From Macrostomum lignano (lineage: Eukaryota), in the NCBI GenBank assembly GCA_002269645.1, contig NIVC01000169.1, positions 711,308 through 775,307 of the forward strand: a DNA stretch of 64,000 nt. Reading direction: 5' to 3'. The translations under genes and the position numbers were made by a program. The notes beneath the pieces are model-generated. The model had not been told where the DNA came from, made no database searches, and saw only the letters and a program-made list of their open reading frames with translations. This document shows positions 1-12,226 of the stretch, piece by piece; the first letter of the stretch is position 1; each line of letters opens with the position of its first letter.

Positions 1-2185
1 GTACCGCAACGTCCTCATCTGCATCCTGTTGGCGCTATTCTGGCTGGCGCTGATCATCATCATGCAGATTCCGCTAGAGATGCAGATGCAACAGGTAACC
101 ACGGACAGCGACACCTGCTTCAGCCAGGAGGCCATCAAGGTGGCATTCTATACTATTGTGGTTCATGACCTCAAAGTACTGGAGAATGTCAGCGTTCGCG
201 CGATTGAGAACAAAACTCGCGGAGGCCAGTGGGGACTGTGAGTAACCGGCCAGTGACAATCACTGAATTTAAGATGCTCTGAACAGTCAAATTTCTGACC
301 CTAAGACATCCTGAAAAGTCAAATTTCTGACCCTAAGACGTCCTGAACAGTCAAATTTCTGACCCTAAGACGTCCTGAACAGTCAAGTTTCTGATCCTAA
401 GACGTCCTGAACAGTCAAATTTCTGATCCTAAGACGTCCTGAACAGTTAAATTTCTGACCCTAAGATGTCCTGATGTCCTGAACAATCAAATTTCTGATC
501 CTAAGATGTCTTGAACAATCAAATTTCTGATCCTAAGATGTCTTGAACAATCAAATTTCTGATCCTAAGATGTCTTGAACAATCAAATTTCTGATCCTAA
601 GATGTCTTGAACAATCAAATTTCTGATCCTAAGATGTCTTGAACAATCAAATTTCTGATCCTAAGATGTCTTGAACAATCAAATTTCTGACCCTAAGATG
701 TCCTGAACAGTCAAATTTCTGACCCTAAGATGTCCTGACCAGTCAAATTTCTGACCCTAAGATGTCTTGAACAATCAAATTTCTGACTCTAAGATGTCTT
801 GAACAATCAAATTTCTGACTCTAAGATGTCCTGAACAATCAAATTTCTGACCTTAAGATGTCCTGAACAGTCAAATTTCTGACCTTAAGATGTCCTGAAC
901 AGTCAATTTTTTACTGTACTCGTAAGGCGTACCGAATAACCAACTTTGTGACAGACAAATGATGATATTCCATTAATAACTACAGACAGAAAAACCTTCA
1001 CCAGTTTCACAATTATCTTTACAGCAAAAATGCGTCGAGTACAAACGAATCGACAACCGAGCACCTAGCCCTGGCAACCAGTGGTACCCACGCCAGCCAA
1101 GATGTGTGCAGCCTGTTTTCGACTATCCGCTACACCTACGTGGCTGTGAGCGTGTTCCTGGTGCTGTGGCACGCCCTGACCATCTGCCAGAGAGTCTGGA
1201 TCAAGCTACGGATGCGTCGGCAGGGTCAGCTGGTGTACAAACGGTTCCTGAACTCGGTGGAGACTGGCTGGATGGACCAGGACTGGCTGTCCTATCTGTG
1301 CCGGTTCTGCCTCATCCTGTTCTCCGTGATTCTGTGCTCGGTGCGCATAAGCACCCTGCCGTGCCCTCAGAGTCCTCTGTACGACTATCTGATCCACTAC
1401 AGGAGTATTTTGAGCAGGGTGAGTTCGCGACCATAACATTGGGAGCGCTTCACATTCACAACCCCCCGGAGACTTCACAACCCCCTATACTTCATTCTAT
1501 GGAATTGTCAGCAGTTCGAACGCATTTCTACAGTATCACTTGCCTCCCCTGTCACCATTTGCAGGATCACATCACGGATATATTTCTAATTCTGAGAGTG
1601 ATATTCCACCTGTGCTACCTGTTCCTGCACATCCTGCTGGTGTACTACCTGGAGATGATACCACACCTCGGTCCGGTTGTGCACGCTTTCCGCTGCATGT
1701 TCTCAAGATTCCTATCGTTTGCAGCCATCTACCTGGTAGTGCTGTGGGTTTTCTCCAGCATCTTCTATTCGGTCAGCTTCGCCTCGGTGCACACGCACCA
1801 GGACCGGGAGAAACTCGAGAACCTCACGCATTACTATTCTCACCATCTCCGGCAAGTGTACTACGCTTTCACTGTCAGCCTGAACATGGAGAAGCCGTCG
1901 GAACTGGTTGCCAAGCGCGACCAGATTGGCAACTCGGAGGCCAGCGTTGTGCACCTGATCTTCGTGCTGGTGTTCGCCGTTCTCGTGCTCAACTTCATCA
2001 TAGCCCTGCTAGTCAGCGCAATGAACGAAGTGAACGAATACCGGGACATTTTCTATCGCATCAGGACCACCAGGATGTTTCTGCAGATTGACGCCGTCTG
2101 GTATCCGGTACTGGCCAGGCTGTCCGACATCACAGGCTGGCAGCTGGCCGGACAGGAGACTTACACCACTGTCACTCCCGTGTAG
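1..2185 (+). CDS. Divergent TRP-superfamily (TRPV/TRPA-like) 6-TM ion channel, C-terminal part, 5'-partial
   Basis: Exons <1-237 (donor CT|GTGAGT), 1025-1418 (TTTACAG|; donor AGG|GTGAGT) and 1565-2185 (TTTGCAG|; stop TAG) join in frame. Several hydrophobic helices, an S4-S5-like HLGPVVHAFRCMFSRFLSFAAIY, a pore-like YYAFTVSLNM and an S6-like LVLNFIIALL followed by a TRP-helix-like segment. The family call rests on motif similarity only. Confidence 0.65.
270..907. repeat. 32-bp minisatellite (~19 copies) in TRP intron
   Basis: Unit ~GTCCTGAACAGTCAAATTTCTGACCCTAAGAT, lying inside intron 238-1024. Confidence 0.95.
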
Positions 2186-2888
2186 CCATGCACTCTTAAG
2201 ACCAAATATAAACTCATTTTTATGTGACAATAATACCCCCCACACCCGCATCAACTGCTATTAACCCGCTTACAGGTACCCAATACATGCAAGATTGTCG
2301 CTTATCCACTGGTTCAGGATATGCCATAGACAAGTAGCTGCCGCTTACCCTTCACTTTGAAGAAGATTTTGTTGCAATTTTCAGTTCTCTTCTCTGTAAG
2401 ATTCGTTGTCAGTTTTTAGTGAAAGAAAAACAAAACTATAGACGTAATAATATAAAAATTATTTTCGGAGAATTCCGCCCCCCCCCCTACACAGAACGTG
2501 GCACTGACTGCGTGACTTCTATGGTAAAATATCAATAAAAATCTTACGTTTATGCTTAAATTAGTGCCTTTCTTTCACAGGCTCAATATAGCTTTAGAAT
2601 TCGAGATGAATTGGCCCTTAAAATTTCGCCCGGCTCGTGTGTATGGCCTTTAGAGACTATAACTACATACAGATACGAAAATAATTGACATCACAATCAA
2701 TGTTACTATGACAACTAATTTGTCCCACAAAGGCAATCCACAATCTGAATAGAGACAGGGAGAAAGGAAGAGAGGGCCACACGGTACAATCTAATTAGCT
2801 AATTCGCATTGAGAGCGCTGTGATGGCCTCAGAATTGGACCATTGTCCCGCTCCGGTTGCTGAGTGGCCCCTGACGGGAGAGAGTGGC

Positions 2889-2997
2889 AACCAGGTAAAC
2901 GGAAACAGCCAATGCGCAGAGTTTATAGTAGCGGAGTTTCGGTGTTTACCTGGTTAAACAATCCACCGTACACGCAATGCAGGGCTGTTATATAAAA
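2889..2997 (+). promoter_or_regulatory. Pol II promoter: CCAAT box (2909-2913), TATAAAA (2991-2997), 12-bp inverted repeat
   Basis: TATA about 60 nt before the ATG at 3059. AACCAGGTAAAC (2889-2900) and GTTTACCTGGTT (2944-2955) are exact reverse complements. Confidence 0.55.
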
Positions 2998-3058
2998 TGG
3001 AAAAAGTCAGAAACTTGCCTCTCCAGAATTTTGGCATCAGTTTCCAGCATCCAGCACA

Positions 3059-4072
3059 ATGATGCCGTCATCAAGCATTGCTGACCGGCTTGTCATTCTG
3101 ATCCTTGCCAGCTCCGCAGCCTGCGCTCAGAATAGCAGCAGCAGCAGCAGCAGCTTCGATTCACAGCCAATCTGTCCGAGCGCTCTGTCCGACTGGTCAG
3201 TCCTGGACGTGCCAGTGTCCGGAGTGACTCGGCCGAACTCCTGCATAGTGGAGTGCGCAGTCAGGCCCAACTGCTCAGCTGTACACTACAACAAGACCGC
3301 CGCGTCCTGCTGGACGGCCTCCGGCTGGCAGTGGCAGGACCGCTGGGGCCGGTCGGCGACGCCGTCCGCTGACTGTCTGACATTCACCAAACGGCCCAGT
3401 CCAGCCCAGCAGCTGCCTGCGACCCTCCAGGCCAGCCTGACGCTGTGGTACAGCTTCCGGTACTCGCTGGACAACCTGGCAGGCAATGGCACCGTCCAGC
3501 AGGCGGTGGCGGGCCTGAGATCCGGCGCCGTCAGGAACGCCTCCGGCCTGGTGCTGAACCCCAGCACCGAGTCGCACGCGAATGTCAGCATCCCGAGTGG
3601 CGGCAATCTTGAGTCGCTGTTCTCAAGCGGGAAATTTTCGGTCTACATAAAGGTGGACAGGAGGCCCAGAGGCCAGGAGGTGAGCTACCTGCAGACCTCG
3701 GAGTCCAGCGGCAAGGCTGTGACCTTCATGTCTGAGGCAGCTGACGGCAAGTTCACCGTGGGCTGCAGGCTCTACGCGCAGCGGAGCCAAACCACGACGC
3801 AGGCGGTGCTGAAGACCCCGATAGCCGCCGGCTGGGTGTCTGTCGGCTTCAGCTACGACGGCAGCGCCTTCCGCGTCTTCAACAACGCCACGATGTACGC
3901 GACTAGCAACGATGGCAACCTCCCGGCGGTGTCGGCCTCCACGGAGACTCGGATCGGCGGCAAGTACGGCGACTCCACGGCCACCCTGGACGGCCGGGTT
4001 CTGTGCTTCGGCTTGGCCAACAGACAGCTCAGCTTGTCCGAGTTTGAGACGCTGGAGGCCGCTTGCGACTGA
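3059..4072 (+). CDS. Secreted protein: signal peptide + PAN/Apple-like Cys module + LamG/concanavalin-A-like (pentraxin-like) domain, intronless
   Basis: 337-aa GC-rich ORF with a hydrophobic leader (LVILILASSAACA). CIVECAVRPNCSAVHYNKTAASC fits a PAN pattern. FSVYIKV...WVSVGFSYDG..FRVFNN...RIGG...LDGRV..F...NRQLS fits LamG_3. TATA box upstream. Confidence 0.75.
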   Translation: MMPSSSIADRLVILILASSAACAQNSSSSSSSFDSQPICPSALSDWSVLDVPVSGVTRPNSCIVECAVRPNCSAVHYNKTAASCWTASGWQWQDRWGRSATPSADCLTFTKRPSPAQQLPATLQASLTLWYSFRYSLDNLAGNGTVQQAVAGLRSGAVRNASGLVLNPSTESHANVSIPSGGNLESLFSSGKFSVYIKVDRRPRGQEVSYLQTSESSGKAVTFMSEAADGKFTVGCRLYAQRSQTTTQAVLKTPIAAGWVSVGFSYDGSAFRVFNNATMYATSNDGNLPAVSASTETRIGGKYGDSTATLDGRVLCFGLANRQLSLSEFETLEAACD

Positions 4073-4188
4073 CAAGGACAACTGAAGTAACATATACTTA
4101 AGTTGTCCTTGGCGACTGAGCGGGCTGCGACCTCGTGCTTCGCTTGGGGACATTGGACTGCAGCACATTGGCTGCTGAGCTCTGGTCC

Positions 4189-4457
<269 letters not shown>

Positions 4458-4890
4458 CATCCGTCATGGACAGCTGCCGTAGAAGACTCCCCAGGATTTT
4501 CTTATGTATGCTCTTATGTACGCATGCACAGCGCTAAATGGAGTTTTTCCATATACGAATTGGGCTAGAAAACTCCGACTTTTCCTGACCTTCTACTGCA
4601 GATGTTCATGGTACCCCATCCGATTGTTTTTGCCCACATCCTTGACCTCAACACAGCCCATTAACTATACTGTTGAATTAATAATTTCACTCAAAAACAA
4701 TTGGTACTGTCGTGCTTCACTACTGAAAAGCATATCTGCTGGTTTATTTTATTAAACGATCTGTGACATCTGTCATCGAAAGCACACCCTGTAGAGTACG
4801 TAAGCACAGTCTTGATAATTTACATGCTCCTTATATGTTTCTGGTTCTGGCGAGATTAACTAATTTTGACTGACAATATACAACTATTTT

Positions 4891-7800
4891 TCAAGTTTCA
4901 GATTGCTTTTTCTCTTCATTCTCTGGTTCAGAAGTAGTTTTGTCCTTGTCAGCGGCCGGTGTGTCAGCCAGTTGGTCACCAATGACGTCAGGCCTTGAGT
5001 CTTTGACTGCTTTATCCTGGTTGCTGTCCGGATAGTCGTCCACTGACTTGGCCTTGCTGTGCTTCACGCCGTAGAGAATGTACATCAGCAGGCCTGCGGC
5101 GATGGTGAGGAGCGAATTGCACAAGAGAGTGACTTTGGACTGCAGTGGGAGTGACAATTGGGGCTGAGGGAGTGACAATTGGGGCAGTGGGAGTGACAAT
5201 TGGGGCAGTGGGAGTGACAATTGGGGCAGTGGGAGTGACGATTGGAGCAGTGGGAGTGACAATTGGGGTTGAGGGAGTGACAATTGGGGCAGTGGGAGTG
5301 ACAATTGGGGCTGAGGGAGTGACAATTGGGGTTGAGGGAGTGACAATTGGGGCTGAGGGAGTGACAATTGGGGCAGTGGGAGTGACTTTGGACTGCAGTG
5401 GGAGTGACAATTGGGGCAGTGGGAGTGACAATTGGGGCAGTGGAAGTGACAATAGGGGCAGTGGGAGTGACAATTGGGGCAGTGGGAGTGACTTTGGACT
5501 GCAGTGGGAGTGACAATTGGGGCAGTGGGAGTGACAATTGGGGCAGTGGGAGTGACAATTGGGGCTGAGGGAGTGACAATTGGGGCAGTGGGAGTGACAA
5601 TTGGAGCAGTGGGAGTGACAATTAGGGCAGTGGGAGTGACAATTAGGGCAGTGGGAGTGACAATTAGGGCAGTGGGAGTGACAAGTGGGGCAGTGGGAGT
5701 GACAATTGGGGCAGTGGGAGTGACAATTGGGGCAGTGGGAGTGACAATTGGGGCAGTGGGAGTGACAATTGGGGCAGTGGGAGTGATAATTGGGGCAGTG
5801 GGAGTGACAATTGGGGCAGTGGGAGTGACAATTGGGGCAGTGGGAGTGACAATTGGGGCAGTGGGAGTGACAATTGGGGCAGTGGGAGTGATAATTGGGG
5901 CAGTGGGAGTGACAATTGGGGCAGTGGGAGTGACAATTGGGGCAGTGGGAGTGACAATTGGGGCAGTGGGAGTGACAATTGGGGCAGTGGGAGTGACAAC
6001 TGAGGCTGAGGGAGTGACAATTGGGGTTGAGGGAGTGACAATTGGGGCAGTGGGAGTGACAATTGGGGTTGAGGGAGTGACAATTGTGGCAGTGGGAGTG
6101 ACAAGTGGGGCAGTGGGATCAGACCAGACACAGTAAGGACGAGACCAGACACAGTAAGGATGAGACCAGACACATTAAGGACGAGACTAGACACAGTAAG
6201 GATGAGACTAGACACAGTAAGGATGAGACCAGACACAGTAAGGATGAGACCAGACACAGTAAGGACGAGACTAGACACAGTAAGGATGAGACTAGACACA
6301 GTAAGGATGAGACCAGACACAGTAAGGATGAGACCAGACACAGTAAGGACGAGACTAGACACAGTAAGGATGAGACCAGACACAGTAAGGATGGAACCAG
6401 ACACAGTAGAGCAAAATTTCAAATGCCCCTAGAAGCAAAACCAGTCGCAAACCAAGGAAAAGCCAGCAGAAGAATCGAATCCAGGATCTGATTGACAGCC
6501 TGGACAGCAGCAGGACATTGATCAGAACTGCCAACAGAGGCGCCAGCGGCAGGCCAGGCGACATGTACATTCCAGGCACGTCGTACGGCTTGAAGGCAGT
6601 CAGCAGGGCTCCAGAGAAGATCAGGGCGAGTCCTGGCGGTGCAAGAAAGGCCCAGCGCCAGAGCTGAGTGCCTTTGATAATGACTGACAGGGTGGTGGCC
6701 AGCCAGACGCAACCCAGCAGGAACGCTAAAAACAGTCTGCGAAGCCACCGAACCCTGGCGAGTCCTGGAACGCATCGAGCCAGAATTCCGTTGGCAGCCC
6801 AGGCTCTCAGTTGAACCGGCGAGTCGCCAGGCAGCTCTGCAAAGTGCAAGTAGCGCAGCACGAATAGGTCGACCCCGATGAAGCAGTACGACACCAGGGT
6901 GCCCATGCTGACCATCTCGGCTAGGAAGTTGAGTCTGAACAGCAGGGCCAGTACACTCGATACGACTGCGCCAAAGGCTAAGCCGAGCAGAGGCACCTGC
7001 GTGAGGGAGCGTTGGCAATTCACTGCACTGCTGGCTTCTTTGAGTCATTTCACTGACCTCTGCCTGGCAGTCTGTTTGTCCACCGAATCTCTACCTTATC
7101 AGTCTGTTTGTCCACCAAATCTCTACCTTATCAGTCTGTTTGTCCACCGAATCTCTACCTTATCAGTCTGTTTGTCCACCGAATCTCTAACTTATCAGTC
7201 TGTTTGTCCACCGAATCTCTATCTTAAAGCTTCAGGCTTCAACCACTATCTGCCCGTCACTCCAGCCTCCATCTCGCGCACCTGCACTCTCTCATTAACG
7301 TTGGCAAAGGCACCAAAGATGACCCCGTCAGATGCCAGGGCGTACATGAGCCGCGGCACCACGAACAGCCCGGTAACTTTGGTCGCACCCGTGGCCAGCA
7401 GGGTGCCAACCGCGGCGGTGACCTCCGCCCATTTGGCTCCCGGATGTCCAGAGAAAGCCACCACAAATGGTGCAGCAACGTTGAGCTTCCAGTAGGGCTG
7501 AACGAATGACAGGCCCAAGCAGGCCACAACGTACACCACACTGACGGCCGACAGGCTCGCTAGCAGAGCCCTGGGCAGGTCCCGCTTCGGGTTGCTGCAC
7601 TCCTCCGCTGCCGAGCCGACGCTCTCGAAGCCCGAGAAAGCGAACATGGCGATGCTGGCGCCTTCCACCACGCCGACGCCGCCGAAGGGGAAGAAGCCGC
7701 TGCCGGCAGTCCAGTTGTCAAGGGAGCCGTAGACGAAGCAGGCAACTGTGGCGGTGAGCAGGCACAGCAGCTGAGCAGTGCTCAGTCCAGCGTTAACCGA

Positions 7801-10484
7801 CATTGAGAACTTTGCTCCGCCGATGAGCAGCAGGGCCAAGACTAAGATCAAGCCCACAGCCAGCAGGTCCCAGGTCTCGTCAAAGATTGACCAAGCTTTT
7901 GGCAGAGTGCCAAGATTTGCAGACACGAAGTTGCTGATCTTCTGCTTGCTCAGAGAGTCCACTGTGCCGCTGAATGCCTGTCGGATGGTTTGTGAAACTG
8001 TGCGTTAAATTTTTCGGCCAGATGTGCAACCGACAGCTCAGCCGCAGCTATTGTGCGGCGCATCTGAAGGCTGCGTACGGCTGTTCAGTCCAAGGACGTC
8101 TCTGGGGGGTCGCTACACACAGCCTCAATTACCCCAGTTAATGCTGACACCCATTTTACAGCTGGGTGAACTGAAGCAATGCAGAGTTAAGCGTCTTGCT
8201 CAAGGACACAAATTGTTCAAGTGGGATCGGGAATCGAACCCCCGACCTTCAAGTTGTGAGTCTGACTCTCTAACCCACTAGGCTACAAGCCCCTATAAGA
8301 CCAAGGAAGAATCCCCTTGACATTTTATTGCTGCGCCGGAACCAAATACAAGAACTTTTTGTTGGGCACCTACGCAAACAAGAATCAAGTAGACAGCCGA
8401 GGGACAGACAGTCGAGATATTCAGCAATTCTGCCAGAGGGTCGGCCTTTTACCATGTGAACTCCTGTGCGCCAGTCAGCACTGCGCCTCAGTGCGGCCTT
8501 GCCAAGCCTCCAAATTTCATCAGCACATCGACCATATGTGTCTGCATCAGCTCTGACTTCGTTGGTCACTGGCCGTCACCCCAGGCGGAGCAAATATTGC
8601 GATTTTCTCCTCGATGGTGGTAAAACTGAAAGGTCAGGTGTTCGATTCCCGATCCCACTCGGAACAATTTGTGTCCTTGAGCTAGACGTTTAACTCTGCA
8701 TTGCTTCAGTTCACCCAGCTGTAAAATGGGTGCTTGGGGCAATTGAGAGTGTGGGGCGACCCCCCCCCCCCCCAATCCTTGGGCTGAACAGCCGTACGCA
8801 GCCTTCAGATGCGCCGCGCAATAGCTGCGGCTGAGCTGTCGGTTGCCCATCTTCCCAATTGAGGCAGGTGTAATCATTATTATGCTATTAGGTTTTAGGT
8901 TCGGGTCAGGTTTGGGTAATTGTCAGGATTATACAGCAATTTTTTCATTTCATGCAACTATGCAAGCACTAATGATACCTTAGCAACAGTTGCCATGCTG
9001 AGAATATAGTCCAGCAGCATAGTCCAGCCAACAATGAAGGCGGGCAGCTCTCCCAGAACGCAGTAGGTGTAGGTGTAGGAGCTGCCCGCCTTGGGCACCA
9101 GGCTGGCGAACTCAACGTAGCACATGCCGGTGAAGAGCGAGGCGATGGCGCACAGAGTGAAGCTGAGGCTGGCGGCTGGGCCTGAATAATAGCATATTGG
9201 AGTGTGAAATCGGGCATCATCTGGCGCGAAATACCGGTGATGATAAAATGGCCCCAAAATACCGGTTTGATAAAAACGGCGCCAAAATACCGGTGATGAT
9301 AAAATGGCCCCAAAATACCGGTTTGATAAAAACGGCGCCAAAATACCGGTGATGATAGAAACGGCGCCAAAATACCGGTGATGATAAAATGGCCCCAAAA
9401 TACCGGTGGTGATAAAAAACGGCGCCAAAATACCGGTGATGATAGAAACGGCGCCAAAATACCGGTGATGATAAAAAACGGCGCCAAAATACCGGTGATG
9501 ATAAAAAACGGCGCCAATACTGGTGATAATAAAAAATGGCGCCAAATTACCGGTGGTGATAAAAACGGCGCCAAAATACCGGTTTGATAAAAACGGCGCC
9601 AAAATACCGGTGATGATAGAAACGGCGCCAAAATACAGGTGACGATAAAAAACGGCGCCAAAATACAGGTGATGATAAAAAACGGCGCTAAAATACAGGT
9701 GATGATAAAAACGGCGCCAAAATACAGGTGGTGATAAAAAATGGCGCCAAATTACCGGTGGTGATAAAAACGGCGCCAAAATACCGGTGACGATAAAAAA
9801 CGGCGCTAAAATACCGGTGATGATAAAAACGGCGCCATAATATCGGTGATAATAAAAAATGGCGTTAAAATACCGGTGATTATAAAAACGGCGCCATAAT
9901 ATCGGTGATAATAAAAAATGGCGTTAAAATACCGGTGATGATAAAAACGGCGCCAAAATACAGGTGGTGATAAAAAATGGCGCCAAATTACCGGTGGTGA
10001 TAAAAACGGCGCCAAAATACCGGTGACGATAAAAAACGGCGCTAAAATACCGGTGATGATAAAAACGGCGCCATAATATCGGTGATAATAAAAAATGGCG
10101 TTAAAATACCGGTGATTATAAAAACGGCGCCATAATATCGGTGATAATAAAAAATGGCGTTAAAATACCGGTGATGATAAAAACGGAGCCAAAATACCGG
10201 TGATGATAAAAACGGAGCCAAAATACCGGTGATGATGAAACGGCGCTTAAAAGTACACAACATGCACACGTTCTGGCGCGCCACTCACCAGCGTACTCCT
10301 TGATGACTGTCCCGGACAGAACATAAATCCCGGCACCGGCCATGTGCGCCACCCCGAAGAAGGTCAGATGCCACACAGACAGGCACCGGTTGAGCGGAGT
10401 ATCCAGTGACTGCGCCTCTGTCAGACTCTTCCGTCTGATGGCCTTGGCGCCCAGGAGTTCGATCCAGCTGCGGTCGCGAACCAT
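4891..10484 (-). CDS. Cationic amino acid transporter (SLC7A1-4/CAT family), 5 exons, ~613 aa
   Basis: Exons 10484-10289, 9181-8979, 7977-7282, 6996-6453 and 5093-4891 have compatible phases with GT-AG. Motifs: LNRCLSVWHLTFFGVAHMAGAGIYVLSG, YVEFASLVPKAGSSYTYTY, FAFSGFE..AAEECSNPKRDLP, PRLMYALASDG, SWIRFFCWLFLG|LLMYILYGVKHS. Confidence 0.93.
5128..6116. repeat. 21-bp minisatellite in SLC7 intron 4
   Basis: Unit GGGAGTGACAATTGGGGCAGT, about 47 copies. Confidence 0.95.
6118..6408. repeat. Second, unrelated 21-bp minisatellite abutting the first in SLC7 intron 4
   Basis: Unit GTAAGGATGAGACCAGACACA, about 14 copies. Confidence 0.95.
7067..7224. repeat. 32-bp minisatellite in SLC7 intron 3
   Basis: Unit CAGTCTGTTTGTCCACCGAATCTCTACCTTAT, about 5 copies. 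Confidence 0.9.
8021..8293 (-). mobile_element. tRNA-derived CORE-like SINE, full length
   Basis: The minus strand begins GGGGCTTGTAGCCTAGTGG (A box) ... GGTTCGATTCC (B box). On the + strand the body CCCATTTTACAGCTGGGTGAACTGAAGCAATGCAGAGTTAAGCGTCTTGCTCAAGGACACA resembles the MIR/CORE consensus. A second copy lies 330 bp away. Confidence 0.75.
8625..8851 (+). mobile_element. Second copy of the same SINE, 5'-truncated, inverted relative to the first
   Basis: TGTTCGATTCCCGATCCCAC...TGTGTCCTTGAGC...CAGCTGTAAAATGGG...GCAGCCTTCAGATGCGCCGC...GCTGTCGGTTGCCCATC is the reverse complement of most of 8021-8260. Confidence 0.75.
9225..10250. repeat. ~29-31-bp minisatellite in SLC7 intron 1
   Basis: Unit AAAATACCGGTGATGATAAAAACGGCGCC, with an internal higher-order duplication. 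Confidence 0.95.
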
Positions 10485-10914
10485 CCCGCGACTTTACAAA
10501 TATGTACGGATGTAGCAATTTCAGTTGCTTTCAAATCAACATCGATTTCTAATCAGCATAAATAACTAAACATGTGCATCTAGAGTGGAACCTTAATGAA
10601 GATCAGAGAAGCGACTATTTAAATGAGGATTGGCCAGAGACAATACTAGCTCCACAGATTTTAAAACAATTTCAACTAACTACGAGTAGCAGTTTTGTAG
10701 ACTTTCTCTGGCAATTTTGTAAGTCCAAGAAGTAAAAATACGAGTACACTGTGTACTTTCATGGCATTTTTTGTACAAATATTTCTAGTTGCATGGATCC
10801 TTTTAAGACTAGACTTTATTATTAGTCATTTCATTAGTATATTCATCTGCCCTCGTCTCTGCATGCTTACTCTCCTTCTCTGCCGCTTTGATCACAAGCT
10901 CCAAAACTTCACAT

Positions 10915-12219
10915 GGTCGATTAAGAGACTAACTTAATAAGCTCAAATTTCATAATCACGAATCTTCACAAGCTCGAATCTTCACAAGCTTGAATCTTAC
11001 AAGCTCGAAGCTTCACAAGCTCGAAGCTTCATAAGATCGAATCTTCACAAGCTCGAATCTTCACAAGCTCGAAGCTTCACAAGATCGAATCTTCACAAGC
11101 TCGAAGCTTCATAAGATCGAAGCTTCATAAGATCGAATCTTCACAAGCTCGAATCTTCACAAGATCGAATCTTACAAGCTCGAAGCTTCAAAAGATCGAA
11201 GCTTCACAAGATCGAATCTTCACAAGCTCGAAGCTTCACAAGATCGAATCTTCAAAAGATCGAAGCTTCACAAGATCGAATCTTACAAGCTCGAAGCTTC
11301 ACAAGATCGAAGCTTCACAAGATCGAATCTTCACAAGCTCGAAGCTTCACAAGATCGAATCTTCAAAAGATCGAAGCTTCACAAGATCGAATCTTACAAG
11401 CTCGAAGCTTCAAAAGATCGAAGCTTCACAAGATCGAATCTTCACAAGCTCGAAGCTTCACAAGATCGAATCTTCCAAAGCTCGAAGCTTCACAAGATCT
11501 AATCTTACAAGCTCGAAGCTTCACAAGATCTAATCTTCAAAAGCTCGAAGCTTCACAAGCTCGAATCTTCAAAAGATCGAATCTTCACAAGCTCGAATCT
11601 TCAAAAGCTCGAATCTTCACAAGCTCGAAGCTTCAAAAGCTCGATGCTTCACAAGCTCGAAGCTTCACAAGATCGAATATTCAAAAAGCTCGAAGCTTCA
11701 CAAGATCGAATCTTACAAGCTCGAAGCTTCACAAGATCGAATCTTCAAAAGCTCGAAGCTTCACAAGATCGAATCTTCACAAGCTCGAAGCTTCACAGAA
11801 AGATACTTTACATCGTCGATTAAGATTAACTTTATAAGCTCAAATTTCATAATCACGAATCTTCCAAAGCTCGAAGCTTCACAAGATCTAATCTTACAAG
11901 CTCGAAGCTTCACAAGATCTAATCTTCAAAAGCTCGAAGCTTCACAAGCTCGAATCTTCAAAAGATCGAATCTTCACAAGCTCGAATCTTCAAAAGCTCG
12001 AATCTTCACAAGCTCGAAGCTTCAAAAGCTCGAAGCTTCACAAGATCGAATATTCAAAAGCTCGAAGCTTCACAAGATCTAATCTTCAGAAGCTCGAATC
12101 TTCAAAAGATCGAAGCTTCACAAAATCGAATCTTCACAAGCTCGAAGCTTCACAAGATCGAATCTTCAAAAGCTCGAAGCTTCACAGAAAGAAACTTCAC
12201 ATAGTCGATTAAGACTAAC
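10915..12219. repeat. 16-bp satellite with higher-order spacer, left of the LTR insertion
   Basis: Units TCGAAGCTTCACAAGA / TCGAATCTTCACAAGC. A spacer GTCGATTAAGACTAACTTAATAAGCTCAAATTTCATAATCACG recurs at ~10917, ~11815, ~12205/16675 and ~16846. Confidence 0.93.
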
Positions 12220-12226
12220 TGTCAGA

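Noticed and set aside
1106-1564. N-terminal half of the 359-aa ORF (MQPVFDY...)
   Set aside because: It is the wrong frame of exon 1025-1418 plus intron. Only 1565-2185 is coding in that frame.
5094-5142. SKVTLLCNSLLTIAA as SLC7 coding sequence via the CTGCAG acceptor at 5140
   Set aside because: The upstream donor is phase 1. Only the acceptor at 5094 gives the conserved WLFLG-LLMYILYG junction.
8225-8293. tRNA gene
   Set aside because: The A/B boxes run into a CORE-like body that has a second diverged copy, so this is a SINE head.
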